The position numbers and the translations under genes are program-made. The notes under the pieces are model-generated. The model ran no database searches. It saw nothing but the letters and a program-made list of their open reading frames with translations, and had not been told where the DNA came from. This document shows, piece by piece, positions 30,772 through 49,319 of a DNA stretch of 64,000 nucleotides. The stretch is from the human T2T-CHM13v2.0 reference genome, Homo sapiens. Numbering within the stretch: the stretch's first letter is position 1; the number at the start of each line of letters is the position of its first letter. The stretch lies in assembly GCF_009914755.1 (NCBI RefSeq), contig NC_060928.1; one strand, given 5' to 3'.

Positions 30772-31330
30772 GTTTTTCTCTTACAGACAGTAAAAACAAG
30801 TACTAGGGATTTAAAGCAAAGAACAGTATGAGAGAGATCTTCAACAAAGAAATGTTTCAAAATGTGTGTTTTTTTTGTTTGTTTGTTTGTTTTAGAACAA
30901 CGTGCTTATACCAGAGGTAAGGCTTATTTTTGTATTTGGTTTGATAATTTGACTTGCAATTTTTCTATGGGAATAAACGTGTTAGAATGCTTATTTTTAA
31001 ATTTCACAAAATTTGCAGGCAGTAAGCAAGGACTTAGAGCCATAGAGGGCTCTAAAACTAGTTCTATAAAGCATCTTACCATAAAAATATGTACAGATTT
31101 TTAATAGAAAAGTATATTTCTTTACAGTAGAAAAATAATATTTGAACAAATAGTCAACTTTTCTTGAAAGACAAGAATTCAAATGTAACATACTACTTAT
31201 AAACTAGCTAAAATTGAATCAGGCTGTTTATAAGAACTGATTCCAAAATTTACATATATGAATGTACATAACTGATCTGTAGAAGCTCTTCAAAATCTAT
31301 TGTGAATTTAAAAGTTAAAATTGTCCTTGC

Positions 31331-31886
<556 letters not shown>

Positions 31887-33624
31887 TTACTTGGCGGCAG
31901 TGGAGCGGGTCCAGGGCAGTCCTCCTTCGCCAGGTTGGTTTTTAAAGCACTTCTTTGGTTTAGGATTCAACTTGGTCATGGTCACTTTCATTATCATTGT
32001 CATTCTCCTCATCTTTTTCCCTCTTTCCTCTTTAAGTATTTTCGGGTATTTACTAGCTAAAATCTTCTTTGGCAATATATCTTCAAGAAATTGAAAAGTT
32101 TCTGATTCCTCTGCAGTATTTGCTAAATCGCTGTCAGTGTTTTCTTTTCCTTCGCACTGCCATGTCTTTGTCTTTATGAAAAGGGGGCTAGATATTGAAC
32201 AGAGTTCCATTGCCTTGGCCGTGAGCACCAGCGCCTCCTGGTGGACGCTGGACACCTCGGGAAGCTCTTCATGATGACCCGGATGCGAGACAGGGGCAGC
32301 CAGAGGAGCGGCTGCTGCCGGCGCTTTTCTTTGCCCATGACCACCTCCGCCATCTTCCCGCCACTGACGGTCGCACCAGGAAGTGGCTGCTTGGCCAGCC
32401 CGTGTGTGTGCGGGGCCTGTACAGCATATTACTGCACTGAATACTGCAGGCAATTGTAACACAATGGTATTTGTGTATCTAAACATACCTAAACATAGAA
32501 AAGGTATATCGTAGAAATGTGATATAAAAGATTAAAGTGGTGTATAGGGGCACTTCCCATGAATGGAGCTTCAGGACTGGAGGTTGCTCTGGGTGAGCCA
32601 GTTTACATTTACTGGGTGAGTGAATATAAAAGCCTAGGATATGACTGCATATGACTATAGACTTTATAAACACTGTAGATTTAGGCTTACTAAATTTCTA
32701 AAATATTATTTTCTTCAATAATAAATTATTCTTAGTGTATTGCTTCTTTTTTATTTTTAAACTTTTAACTTTGAAAAACTTTGACTCTTGTAATAACACT
32801 TGGCTTAAAACAAACACATTGTACATCTTTTAAAAAATATTTTCTTTTTGAATATTCTTCTATAAGCCTTTCTTCTATTTTTAAAATCGTTTTTACTTTT
32901 TTGCTTTTTAAACTTTTTTGTTGTTGTTGTTAAAAGTTTAAGAAAACAAAGACACAAATACACACATTAGCCTAGGCCTACAACAGAAACAGAATCATCA
33001 GTATCACTCTCTTCAGTCTCTACATCTTGTCCCGAGGGAAGGTCTTCAGGGACAATAACACACACGGAACTGTCATCTCCTGTAACAACGTCTTCTTCTG
33101 GAATATTTCTTGAAAGACTTGCTGAAGCATTTTACAGTTAACTTAAAAAAAAATAAGTAGAAGGAGTACATTCTAAAATAATGAAAAGTACAGTATAGTA
33201 AGTACATAAATCAGTAACATAGTTGTGTATTATTATTCAGTATGATGTACTATACATAATTGTATGTGCTATACTTTTATAAAACCAGCAGCATAGTAGG
33301 TTTGTTTACATCAGCATTACCACAGACACATGGGTAATGCATTATGTCACAATATTATGGCTACAATCTTACTAGGTAATAGGAATTTTTCAGTTCCATT
33401 ATAATTTTATGGAATCACAATTTTATATGTGGTCTATTGTCAACAGAAACATCATCATCTGGTGCATAACTGTACATTTACTTGTTTAATTATGTTAACA
33501 ATTATTGTTTTTAATGTAATATTTCTTTCTAAATTTAGGCTATTCTGTCTTTAATATTGTTTGGTTTGGGTTGGGTATTTTATAAACTCTTAAAGATAAT
33601 TGCCCTATTACTTTTTTAAATTTA

Positions 33625-33952
<328 letters not shown>

Positions 33953-34882
33953 TAAAATTTTTAAATAAATTTTCTTTGCAATATTCCATACAAAATATTA
34001 CTAGAGAGTAAATTTTTTATGCTTCTTATTGGTCTATGTTGGAAACAATGGCAGATTCTTGGGCTTTCTGGCTACTTCATTTCTATCAACAAAGTTACAT
34101 CATAGAAAATGAATTCAGAAAATCAGAAAAACGTCTAGTCTGGGTCAAGTAGGAAAGGTAACCAAGTCTCTAAAAATTGATCTCACCAGTACAAACTGTA
34201 TTCCCCCAGGTCTTCATAGTCTGTGGTTTCAAAATGTGTCATTTAAAAAATAATATTTAAAATTTTACTGGCTCTTGACACCTTCTGCAAAATACATTAG
34301 CCCTTCCAAAATTCATTTTCACACTTCTGTGTGTCTCTGAAATTATCTCACATATGTTCCTAAAGGTTTCCTCCACGATTCTTCAGTTCTCATCCCCTCA
34401 TCAATGTCTGACATTTCTGAAGCCATTCTATGACAGAACCTTCCCCACCTCCTGATGCAAACGCCGTATGTGAGAACATCTATGTACTTTATAATGTGTC
34501 CATGATATAGTCATATCATGATCCAAGCAAATTTGGGGCAGAGCAGTAGGGGGTGGCGAGTATTTAAAATGGCACAAATTGTGCCATTCTCTCTCACAGA
34601 AATTCTGGCAAATCATCTCCTCCATTATCTTCCTATCTTTCTAAAATATTAATCAGTGGATTGGAACCCCAGTGGAGCCCAGATAGCATACCATCCTTCT
34701 TTTCCCTTAAAAACAAACCATCTACCAAGCAATCTACCTGCTAACCATTGACAATGAAAGCAACATCTTCCCCTTCCTGTATCTGTTATGCATCTCAACT
34801 TTCAGTGTCTCTGCCTAGCAGTACCTCTCTTATTGTAACATTTATCTGAATCTTGATTAAGCTTAAGAAAGAATGGCCTATA

Positions 34883-35356
34883 TGTACTGGCATATTTGTA
34901 CCTCCTCTTCAAATTCATTCTCTCCCCTTCTCCACCCTGCTTTTTGCCCCAGGTGGCTGACCTGTATAAACTATATCATTAGGCTTCCTTCACTCTGCCT
35001 TTCAGTTGTCTTATACCAACAAGGAGCCTGAAGAAAGGAGAAAGAAGAGTGAGGTCAGAATATCTCCCCCTCTGGCTTCCTTCCTGATAGGTGAGCTCAG
35101 GTGATCTGTATGCTTTCACTAAAGGTCACTGCATCTTTCCAGGCGACCGCTACATGACTCTCTCCTGTATTCAGTGACTGAACTCCTTCCTCAGCCTAAG
35201 GATTTCAACAGCTCCGTTGCTAGTAACCTTGAATTATTCAACCAACTTTTATTATTTCCCTCACTCACACGTACATTGTAAGTAAAATATTATTGGATCA
35301 GCCTGTTTGTATATGCCATCTGTTTTTGTTTTCTGTGGGGACCCAGACACAGAGCA
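34883..35356 (+). mobile_element. LTR33-like 5' LTR
   Basis: TG...CA ends; ctccaccctgctttttgccccaggtggctgacctg and gccatctgttt...gggacccagacacagagca resemble LTR33. Confidence 0.65.
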
Positions 35357-38300
35357 ACTGGTACTGCAACTGACCCTACAAAACAGAACCTCACAGTAGG
35401 ATTCAGAAGAATTAGGTTGCTCATGTATTTGAGATGCAAGAGACATGCTCCTTACAAAAACAGGTGGTGAGACATGGAAAATTTATGACAGATGAAGGTG
35501 TCATGATTACCAGCATTCATTTTTACTGATGATAGCATAGGATGAAGAGGGATTTCAGAGAAATCAGGTTTCACTTAGTTGTTAAGAATATAGTAGTGAT
35601 TTCAGATATCGCAGCTATTCAGCTGCTTTTTCTGGTCCTAGAGAACAAACACAGGGAATATGAGAAATTAAAATCTGTAAGCATGCAATTAGGGATATGC
35701 ATGGGAGAAGTAGAAAGATTCCCTGAAGTTTTGAATGAGTCCCTCCTCTCCTGTAGTAGAGGGAAATTTATAACTTGTGGGAAATCTAAATTTTCTTTTT
35801 AAGTAAACAGAGTTTCCAGTGCCAATTAAATGCTCTACCACACATCTCTAAGATAGTGGTATTGGTGGCAAGGACTGAAATCCTGACACATAAACTAAAG
35901 ACATTTATTTAGACATAGCTGAAGCTGGGAGTCTTAAAACTCCAAATTCCCCCATATTTCTGTGTAAGCAGAAGCAAATCTTTTCATTCTCTTAGAGAAT
36001 AATCTCTTATCTGAGGGAGAAAAAAGAAAAAACCTGACTACATATGGGACAGTTGCTTCCCAAGACAAAGTGAATTCTTTCCCATCCCAACATCTCTTAT
36101 TGTGTCTAGGTTGATAATAAGAGCTCGATCCCACTCTGTCAAGAGAGGTACAAAGATTGTTCTGGATGTGATGGTCTCTACAGCAATTCAATTAATACAT
36201 TATATTGAAGAAACCCTGTTAATTGTACCTGGTGAGCAAAAAATAAGTTTCTCAGATATATTAGTAAAAATATGTGTGATTGCAGTGGAAGATAAATCCC
36301 TCAGAAGTTAGAGGTCTGCTTCACAGATGAAGTTTTTTAAGTGCCCAGTAATCTGAGGCTGGTACCTTCTACCACCCATCACAATGCTTGGTAGGCTTCT
36401 TTGGATTATGCAGGCAATGTGTACCACATTTGGGCATGCTGCGCTTGTGTCCAGAATTGGTGGGTTCTTGGTCTTGCTGACTTCAAGAATGAAGCCTCGG
36501 ACCCTTGCGGTGAGTGTTACAGCTCTTAAAGGCGGCGTGTCTGGAGTTGTTCATTCCTCCTGGTGGGTTTGTGGTCTCGCTGGCTTCAGGATTGAAGCTG
36601 CTGACCTTCCCGGTGAGTGTTACAATTCTTAAAGGTGGCAGGTCTGGGGTTGTTTGTTCCTCCCATCCCGAGTTTTTCATTCCTCCCGGTGGGTTCGTGG
36701 TCTTCGCTGGCTTCAAGAATGAAGCTGCAGACCTTCACAGTGAGTGTTACAGCTCATAAAGGTGGCACGGACCCAAAGAGTGAGCAGCAGCAAGATTTAT
36801 TGTGAAGAGCAAAAGAACAAAACTGCAGAAGGGGACCGGAGTGGGTTGCCGCTGTTGGCACTGGTGGCCTGCTTTTATTCCCTTATTTGGCCCTACCTAC
36901 ATCCTGCTGATTGGTCCATTTTACAGAGAGCTGATTGGTCCATTTTACAGAGTGCTGATTGGTCCGTTTTACAGAGTGCTGATTTGTCCGTTTTGAGAGT
37001 GCTGATGGGTGCGTTTACAATCCTTTAGCTAGACAGAAAAGTTCTCCAAGTCCCCTCCAGACCCAGAAGCCCAGCCAGCTTCACCTCTCATTCTGACACA
37101 TTTATTAGGAATAATCTGTAGGGCAGATAGATGAACTGAGAAAAATAAAATGTAGCAGCAGGTTCAGGCTACGGTGCAAGCTGACACTTGAGTCTTGAGG
37201 TTCAGTAGACACAATTGTATTGGAGGCAGCTGGGGCAGACAGAGATGCTAATGGAGAGCCTGTGTCACACTGCATGAAGAAAGTCACAATACAGATGCCC
37301 AGTGCTTGAAGTCAGACCTCCCCTCTGCTGGCAATTCTTTTTCATTTCAAAAGTGGCATCTGGCTTGCCACTGGGCCGTGGTATATACTTGAGCTTCTGT
37401 CCAGAGGACACCACATAACTGCAACCTGATCTTCCCATCCTGAAGAAATGGGCATATCTGGTCCATTTTACCCTTACATTTGGCATGATCATCAATATAC
37501 CGTTGTAAAATAGAAATAGAATATACAGAAGTTGGCTTTAGCACATCTAGAAGACACAAATTGTATAAGAGAGTAGCTCAGACTTCCATCGTATCTTTTC
37601 CTACAGCCTTGCTACCTCTCCTTTAAGGTATATTATGGCCCCTTGGGTTGTTCGCTATTATTATCTGTTAGTTTGCAAAGTTAGGTGAAGGGCAGGCTTG
37701 GTTTAGGAATGGTTATGTATGTTGTATGAGCACTAGCTGGAAGTGGATGGCTGCTACAGAAAACCTCACCCTGGAGTGGCCATGAAAGACATTGGTAAAC
37801 TATATTAGATGGCATATCATGTTTTTCAACTTTATATGAAGTGAGAAATTGCCTAAATCCAGAAATATATGGACAATGGCTAATGGGTTGGTCAGCTGTC
37901 AAGAGCTGGAAAGAACAGAATTGAACATTTGTGGTAAGGAGATGTGAGACAGAAGTATATGGATGCACATAGAGAGTGAAGACACTTATGTCCTTCACAG
38001 ATGTCCATCGGAGGGACAATCATTTCGGAAGAGAATCTTAATCATGAACTAGATGGCCTATCCTGTGGATGACAGGCAAACTCTTTGCCCAGCCACAGTT
38101 GTTCTCTTTGTAAGTCCACATGCAAAACGACTTTGGTGGCAGCAGGGATGGAAGTTATGTCTGAGGTCAACAGCAGATTCTTCTCTTGTTAAGACTAAAC
38201 TACCTAGGGCAATTGCTGGTTTGCCAATTTGCCAGCAGTAGTGATCGACAATTTTCTGATGGAAAACAATTAATGACGTGATCACATTGGAGAGGATCAT

Positions 38301-39269
38301 CAGATAGGGGGATTGCTTTGTTCTCACAGAGTAGACACGTATTCTAGATGTGGATTTGCCTTTCCTATACTCAGTACTTCATCTGGTACTACTACTAATG
38401 GATTAATGGACTTTCAGAATTCATTACCATGGAATCCCTTGCAATGTTGCTTCCTACCAAGAAACACATTTTAGGGAAAAGAGACTATAGTAATGGATTC
38501 ATGCCCCTGAAAATCACTCATCGAGCTATGTACTCCATCACTCTAAAGTAATGCGCTTGATAGAATGGTGGAAGAGCCTGCTGGTGGCTCAGTGTTGATA
38601 CTAGCTTAGAGAGAACACTCTAAAGGGATGGGACACTATCATAAAGAATTAAAGATATGCTTTCAATAATTGTGTCAATAAATGATGCAGCCTTCCCTAA
38701 TGAGAATGTAAACAGTTTTGGAATGAAGGGAAAGTGACCCTACTCACTGTTACATTCAAGAGTGTACTTAAATAATTTTTGCCTCATGACCCTAGAATCT
38801 TGGTTATGGTTGATTTGGTGATCAAGGAAGGAATGTTTCCATGAGAAAAATGGCTATGTTCTAGATTAATTGAAAGCTATCTGTCCCGTATCCATATCGG
38901 GCTCCTTTTGATGCTCAATGAACAACTGAAATAAGTGTCTCTCTATTGCCTAGGTAAATGATACTGACTATGCGGAGAAAGATGGTCTATATAATAGAAG
39001 AGATGAGGACTATATCTGGAACCTGAGAAGTTCACTATTCAGTAGAGTGCCTCTTAGTATTCCCTTGCCCAGTAATCAGTTAAACAAAACAAAACAAAAC
39101 AAAACATCTCTAGAAACACATAAAAATACAAACATCAAGAACTTGGATCCTGCAGGAATGAGGGTTTGGACTATACACACCAACTGAAGAATTCTGTCTG
39201 ACTAAGATGTGTTGACAAAATTAATGAAGATATGGAAGGAGTATTTAGTGAAAGTGGCTGTGATACCAT

Positions 39270-39270
<1 letters not shown>
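35357..39270 (+). mobile_element. Ancient ERVL-class internal region (gag/pol/integrase remnants)
   Basis: LVGFFGLCRQCVPHLGML near 36390; VDTYSRCGFAFP near 38330; EWWKSLL near 38565. Follows directly on the LTR. Confidence 0.75.
36446..37090 (-). mobile_element. Solo LTR12 (ERV9 LTR)
   Basis: Minus strand starts TGAGAGGTGAAGCTGGCTGGGCTTCTGGGTC and ends ...TGGACACA; ~24-bp CCAAT tandem repeats at 36907-37010; U5 repeats (gtgagtgttacagctc). Confidence 0.92.
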
Positions 39271-42905
<3,635 letters not shown>

Positions 42906-43599
42906 GCTCCCTGGTGATTAACAATTTAAGTCTTGTAATCATCTACAGAGATAGAAAATATGACAGCCATGTTTTATGCTATTTATTTGTTTATTTCCCC
43001 TCCTATTCTTTGCTTTTGCATGTTACAAAAAACACAAATGGAAGCCTGCTGAATACTTTGACGAGCAGCCTGTGTAATTTCTGTTTTTACTCCTTAAGTG
43101 AAAGTCAAATGTATTTATTAAAAAACAAAACAAAAAAATTTATGGCAGTTAAATTACATAATTTAATTAAAATACTGTGTAAATTGATAACCTGTGAACA
43201 TAGAATGGTTGAAAAGTATGTCAAATGTTCTGGAAAGGATCAGTAATACAAAGAGGCAAAAATACTTCATTATGTGTGAGGAAGACCTTTGTAAAATAGT
43301 TAAGAAAAATCCTCAAAACTGAACAGGATTTAGCATTCTGATCACTTCACACTATTCTTAAGTTCTCACTTTACTTTAAAGAAACCAAAAAGGGAAATGA
43401 TTCGGTAGATCCATGCTCAAGGTAATGGCCTTGGTCCTACTTTAAGAAAGTGGAAAATGATTATACATTTATCCATATTAAATCAAAGCTGGATTTTAAA
43501 GGTGGCATGTGTCTTCTTTTTTTAATTGTTTTGCTTGGATTTTTTTTCTTTAACTAACCTTTTCAAGAAATGGTAACTGTCATGAGAAACACTGTAGTC

Positions 43600-44580
43600 T
43601 GATGAGTCTCAAAATTAACTTCCACATGAGGCCTCTTCCCTGAATTTTAGAATCAGTGTTAAGTGCTAGCACAACAGGTAAGTGGATACAGCCCACTGAC
43701 CCTGTAAACTCAACATGTCTAAAGCTGAACTCATCACTTTGCCTGCATGTCTGCTCTCCAGTGTTTTCTCCAACCCTTGGTAAAACCAACCTTTTGGGCA
43801 CTCAGCCTAGTACCCTGGAAGTTGGCTTTGTTTTTCCATCTCCTTTACCTTCATTACATACAAGCCCACTAACAAGTTTTACTAAGTTTTTATCCTAAAT
43901 ATTTCCTAAAACCAAACTTTTCTTCCTGTCTGTACTATTACTTCCTAAATCCTTACTCTCATTACCCTCACCAGGAATACGGCCTTCTAACTGGTCTCCC
44001 TACATTCAATATGTTTCCCTTTAAATACATTTTCAAATAACCTCAAAAATGTTCCATTAAAAATGCAGATCTTGAGATCTAATCCTCAAAATGGTTCTCT
44101 TATCCTATGGGATAAATACATAGTTTTTGTTATTGTCTTGTGTGTTTCTGCTGCTCCTTTTTTTGACACTTCCCTTTCTAGAAACATCGAATTCCTTGTA
44201 ATTCGTGGACCTCACACATGCTTTTGCTGAAGTCATTGTATTTCCATGAAGTGTTCTCCACTGTTAATTCCAACCCTCCACCTAGCTAACCCTTACTTGA
44301 CTCAGTTTAGGTCTCAGTCTTTGAAGACCCTTTTCTGTCCTGAGCTCCAAGATATAATGAGCATTATAGATTTTTTATTGCTGTCATAATATTGCCTTAA
44401 TAATTTGTCTACCTTTCCCATTTCTTATTTCTCTCATCACATGATCTTCATTATTTACTTACTTAAATTCTGGGAACTTCATAAGAAAGGCATCTGTTGC
44501 GTTTACCATTTTATCCACCTATCAAGTACAGTATTTGAAACATAGTGGCCCCTTAATATATTTTTTGAATGAATGAATAA
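43600..44580 (+). mobile_element. L2 LINE 3' region
   Basis: aaactcaacatgtctaaagctgaactcatca; cttctaactggtctccct; ends in ...ttttgaatgaatgaataa. Confidence 0.7.
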
Positions 44581-47500
44581 ACTGAAACTCTATATTTTCC
44601 AATAAATATTTCTGGTATAGAATGGCTGTCTATAGGGATAACATTAATTAAAAATAATATAATCAAAGCCCTTAAACAATCAAAAATGAAAACTATAATT
44701 ATTTTTCCATTTTGAACTTGATTTTAAATATATTTTTAAAAATCTTACAAAAGCCTAGCTTTAGCTATGCATTGTAGGGTCACAAACTTTATCTTATTGA
44801 GTTAATGATTTAAAATTTTGTTACAAAAAGGTATAATAAATACTATATTAATCTGAATAACTATTTTCATATCATTATTCTTTATCTTAATTAAAGAACT
44901 AAAACTCCCCAGAGTGAACATCCCTTTTTTATTTATAGCCCTGAGTAATTACAGTCCTCATGTTTCCTTCTTTGTTTCTTTTGCTCTGTATCAGCCAATA
45001 GAATCTTACGTTTGAAACATGGGTTTCTTCTGCGAGAACTGCTATCCTTTGCCATCTTCTGCTGAAAGTAGGAGGACACTCATTTTTTACAAATTCTGCA
45101 TTGCATATTAGTCTTTTAGATGTCCTACATTTTTACAGTCCCAGGAAGGCAGGGAGTGAACTCCACTTTGGTCAAACTACTTCAGTAGGAACTGCAGCAC
45201 TGACATTTATAACTTAATTTTGATAATAAAGTCAGCTAAAAGTTTGCTCTGCCAGTGATTTAAAAACTGTTAACCAACCACCTAACTAAACTAACAAATG
45301 ATACGATGGATCACATTTTTTATTTCTTTTATTTTTTATTGTAACTTACAATTCTTGCAGCGGAAGCAATGAAGTTTTACATAATTGCCAAAATTGAACA
45401 GCAGAGGGCAGAAAATAGCAAACTCTGTTTCTTGTAGCACACTATTCTAGTCAACTGTAGATCTAGTAGTTTTGAAGTTTTCAAAATTGATTGGTGATCA
45501 ATTTGAAATACATATTCTTGAAATAGGAAGTTGCTACATGAAAAAATAGAGCCGTGTACATTCACAAAATAAATTCCAGTATTTTTCCATGTATTTGTAT
45601 AAAGAACCATTTACTGTAGTCAATTTAAATTTATTACCCTTATATTGACAGGATTCTGTGCTTGAAACATACATGCTATTAAAACATTATAAGAAATTTG
45701 AAAAAGTCTCATGAGTGATAATATTAATAAAATTATGCTGATATAGGAAATAAGTTTCCAAATATGTGAAAGGTCTATACATAACTACCTTGTGAACATA
45801 GATACATAGAATAGCAGTTGAATTACAAGTAATGCTTGCTAAAATTTTTATTTCCACCTTATATATAAATTGTAATTGGCCACTAGACAGTAATATTTTT
45901 CTTGAGCTCTTACATATTAGTTACTATACTCTATGATTCAGCAAATTCTTATTTTTACAGCATTTGTTTTTTATAGAATGTAACTCAGTCAATTTTGAGT
46001 TCATATCTGCCCTTGACTTTGAAATAGGTTAAGATGAAAATAGTTTGAAAACATTCTTATTTTTTAAAATTCAATTCACCTGAACTCACATTTTAAACAT
46101 CAAATTTTTTTCATATTGAAGCTTCCTCTCTCTCTGTCCTCGCTCTCTTTAATTCTAAGTTACTTTCTATGAAATTAAAGTTTTCCTGTGGAAACAAGTG
46201 AATCGAGAAAAAAATAACTACAGAGGTATTTTAAATTTTGCTCTGTTCTTAGTGCTTTTACATTAAAAATTTTAAATAGGGAATAATTTCCAATCATTTT
46301 GTATACCTTACATCACAAATAATGATTAAATATGTATGATTTATTTATTCTTTATGTTGCAATTTTGAATATATGTAAGTTATATCTCATTTTTTATTTT
46401 TTATCGATTTATTGTAATTTTAATTAATTTTATATATTATTTTTATTATTCAATTTTTTAAAGGTTAAATACATTTTTATTTAGAAGACCTGCTTTATAT
46501 ACAGTGTGGAGTACTTATAACATACTAATAAAATTCTAAGGCATAAAATTAAGAGATATTTTAGTCTATAGTTTATAAGCTTAATAATAGATTACAGCTA
46601 TTCTCACTTCATGGTTTAGGACTACATCAAAAAGAGGGAAAGGTTATAATTTGAAATGACAGCAATATAGGATCCAAGAGCCATAGAAGCCACTTTGCTC
46701 ATCATCATTTTTAAAATGGGGAAATTGAGGCCAATGTGATTAAGAAGCAAGCATAAGATAATCCAGTCAGCAATGAAGCTGCAAGCACAAGAAGGCAGCC
46801 TGATAGACTCATGGCATTTTGGAATACTAGCAGTTCTCTTTTTAGTACTGTAAGCTCCAATCTCCCTCTTCCTGGAAACAGTTCCTTGTTCTCAATCTTT
46901 CTTTATTTGTTTAAACCAGTAAAGACATGCAACTTGGTGGGGCTTTTCTGAGTCCGCAGAGGGAATTGTCAGAGCAGGTTTCCAGGAATGAGCTTGGAAA
47001 AAGCACCATGAAGAACATAAATTTCACACGGGAAGTCCAGTCATCCATCTCGCCATCAATTCTCTCCCTTCAAACTTTTAATATCTAACCTCATCTTTCT
47101 TTCCCTGTGGCCCGCGTGTTCAGTAGAGCGTGGTGGCTTACTTTCTTTAGGCAGTGATTTTTCGAAACCCCCGGCCAAAACGCGATGGGGAAACAGATTT
47201 CTAAGTAAGTCTCTGGGAAAGAATCTGCATCTCTGTGGCATTCCTACACTAGCTTCATCTTCTAATCACTTTCCTCTAATAGCCTTTCCTTAAACCAGAG
47301 TCTCTTGCTTTCAATCTGCATAAAGCAAGGGCTTCTAGGAAACCAAGTCTACATGACTCTACAACGGGAGGGATTGCAGTGAAAGCTGCGAGAAAGACCC
47401 GTGCGCTCTGTAACTAGGCGAGTCAGCATCACAGCCCAATGGAATATACTCTAAAGATGGGATTTTCATGCAAAATATTTAAAAGATTCCATCTTGATCT

Positions 47501-47882
47501 CTTGTGCGGCTTAAGCATTTAAAGATATAACTTGGGGTTCTCCCTGGATCCTGGCTACATCCCATGAAGCCCAAGTGCACAATTTTGGAATATTTCCTCC
47601 ACGGTGCTTTGCTTGCTTGTTTGCTTTCGGCTGGGTCAGGTGAGGAGGATGACAGGGCTTCTGTATTGCTAAATGGGTTTTCACAGGAGATGGAAGATAA
47701 AAATCAAAATTATTTGTAACGTAAGACAGCAGGGCCTGGTGAGAGGACGCTTCGCCGCCAACAATTAGCAATTCGGCTTCTACACAGCAGCCGGAGATCA
47801 GCTTTGCTGCATTTGGTCCAGGTTGGAGCATCTCCGCAGCAGCTGCAACAGCCGCACGAAGGTAGCTCCGGGCGGGGAGCGA

Positions 47883-47903
47883 GGCGCTGTCCTCGGTGCT
47901 GAA
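47883..47903 (-). promoter_or_regulatory. RE1/NRSE (REST-binding silencer)
   Basis: Reverse complement TTCAGCACCGAGGACAGCGCC versus consensus TTCAGCACCNNGGACAGCGCC. An RE1 in the GluA2 promoter is established. Confidence 0.95.
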
Positions 47904-48082
47904 AGGCCGAGGCGCGCGGTGGGCGCGACAGCCCCGGAGACCCGAGGTCTCGCGGAGGGACAGCGGCTACGGGCCCCGAGCTGTGCTTTCTCAGCGCCGC
48001 GCACGCGACGCGTCCACGGTGGTGCGGGGTGCCGGGCGCCGTGCGGGGGAGGGGGCGCGCGCTCCCGCCTCCTGCCGCGAGT

Positions 48083-48094
48083 CGCGCACGCGCG
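48083..48094 (+). promoter_or_regulatory. NRF1-like site
   Basis: CGCGCACGCGCG fits YGCGCAYGCGCR; a partial second copy lies at 47998-48007. Confidence 0.7.
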
Positions 48095-48127
48095 CCCGGG
48101 ACTGCCTGCCCCTCTCTGTGACTTGCC

Positions 48128-48230
48128 TGTGTGTGTGCGTGTGTGTATGTGTGTGTGTGTGTGTGCGCGCGCGCGTGAGTGAGAGAGGAGAGAGGGAGAA
48201 GAGAGCGCGAGAGAGGGTGAGTGTGTGTGA
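48128..48230. repeat. Compound (GT)n-(GC)n-(GA)-rich repeat in the GRIA2 5' leader
   Basis: ~50 nt of alternating purine-pyrimidine followed by a purine-rich tract. Confidence 0.9.
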
Positions 48231-48419
48231 GTGCATGGGAGGGTGCTGAATATTCCGAGACACTGGGACCACAGCGGCAGCTCCGCTGAAAACTGCATTC
48301 AGCCAGTCCTCCGGACTTCTGGAGCGGGGACAGGGCGCAGGGCATCAGCAGCCACCAGCAGGACCTGGGAAATAGGGATTCTTCTGCCTCCACTTCAGGT
48401 TTTAGCAGCTTGGTGCTAA

Positions 48420-48668
<249 letters not shown>

Positions 48669-49123
48669 TAATCTTTGTTCACAGTGTACAAATTAATTCA
48701 TGTCATGTAGACTTATGTCATACCTTGACTGCATTCCAGATTTAAACTACCTAGAATATACATGTTTTTCTTAGGATGAAGCAAAAGGAAAAGACTATGC
48801 CTTTGATACAATAGAAGAAAAGGTCCTCTCATTTCGGATCCCCAAATTTTATTAATTCTGCCTTAGCGACATTTTCCAGTTTGCTCAGATTTTCTTGGGG
48901 TCTGAATGCAAAGCTTGTGATTACATGGAAAGGTGAAGGTTTCTGGCCACCTACCTCGCCTTCAGACTCTCATCTGGGTCTTGACCCCTTGGCTAGCTTT
49001 TGGATATTCCACCCCCGCTGTCCGAGTCCGTAGGTGTGTTTATTCGGCCTATTCGCGTGAATAAGAGACTCTTGGATTTTTGGGCGCTAGCGCGCGCCCC
49101 TCCTTTCCCTCCCGGGGCACTGA

Positions 49124-49303
<180 letters not shown>

Positions 49304-49319
49304 TAATGAATATTCATGC

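Larger units (their letters stand above)
47740..48360 (+). promoter_or_regulatory. GRIA2: GRIA2 TATA-less CpG-island promoter and 5' leader
   Basis: Dense CpG and GC boxes (gggggagggggcgc near 48045) immediately upstream of the first coding exon. Confidence 0.9.

Noticed and set aside
31887-32486. 199-aa minus-strand ORF as a functional retrogene
   Set aside because: Starts in Tigger sequence and passes through several frames of a frameshifted CHRAC1 copy; the histone fold is disrupted.
36480-37010. Spaced repeats superficially resembling a CRISPR-like array
   Set aside because: These are the normal internal U3/U5 tandem repeats of LTR12; no unique spacers, and the context is eukaryotic.
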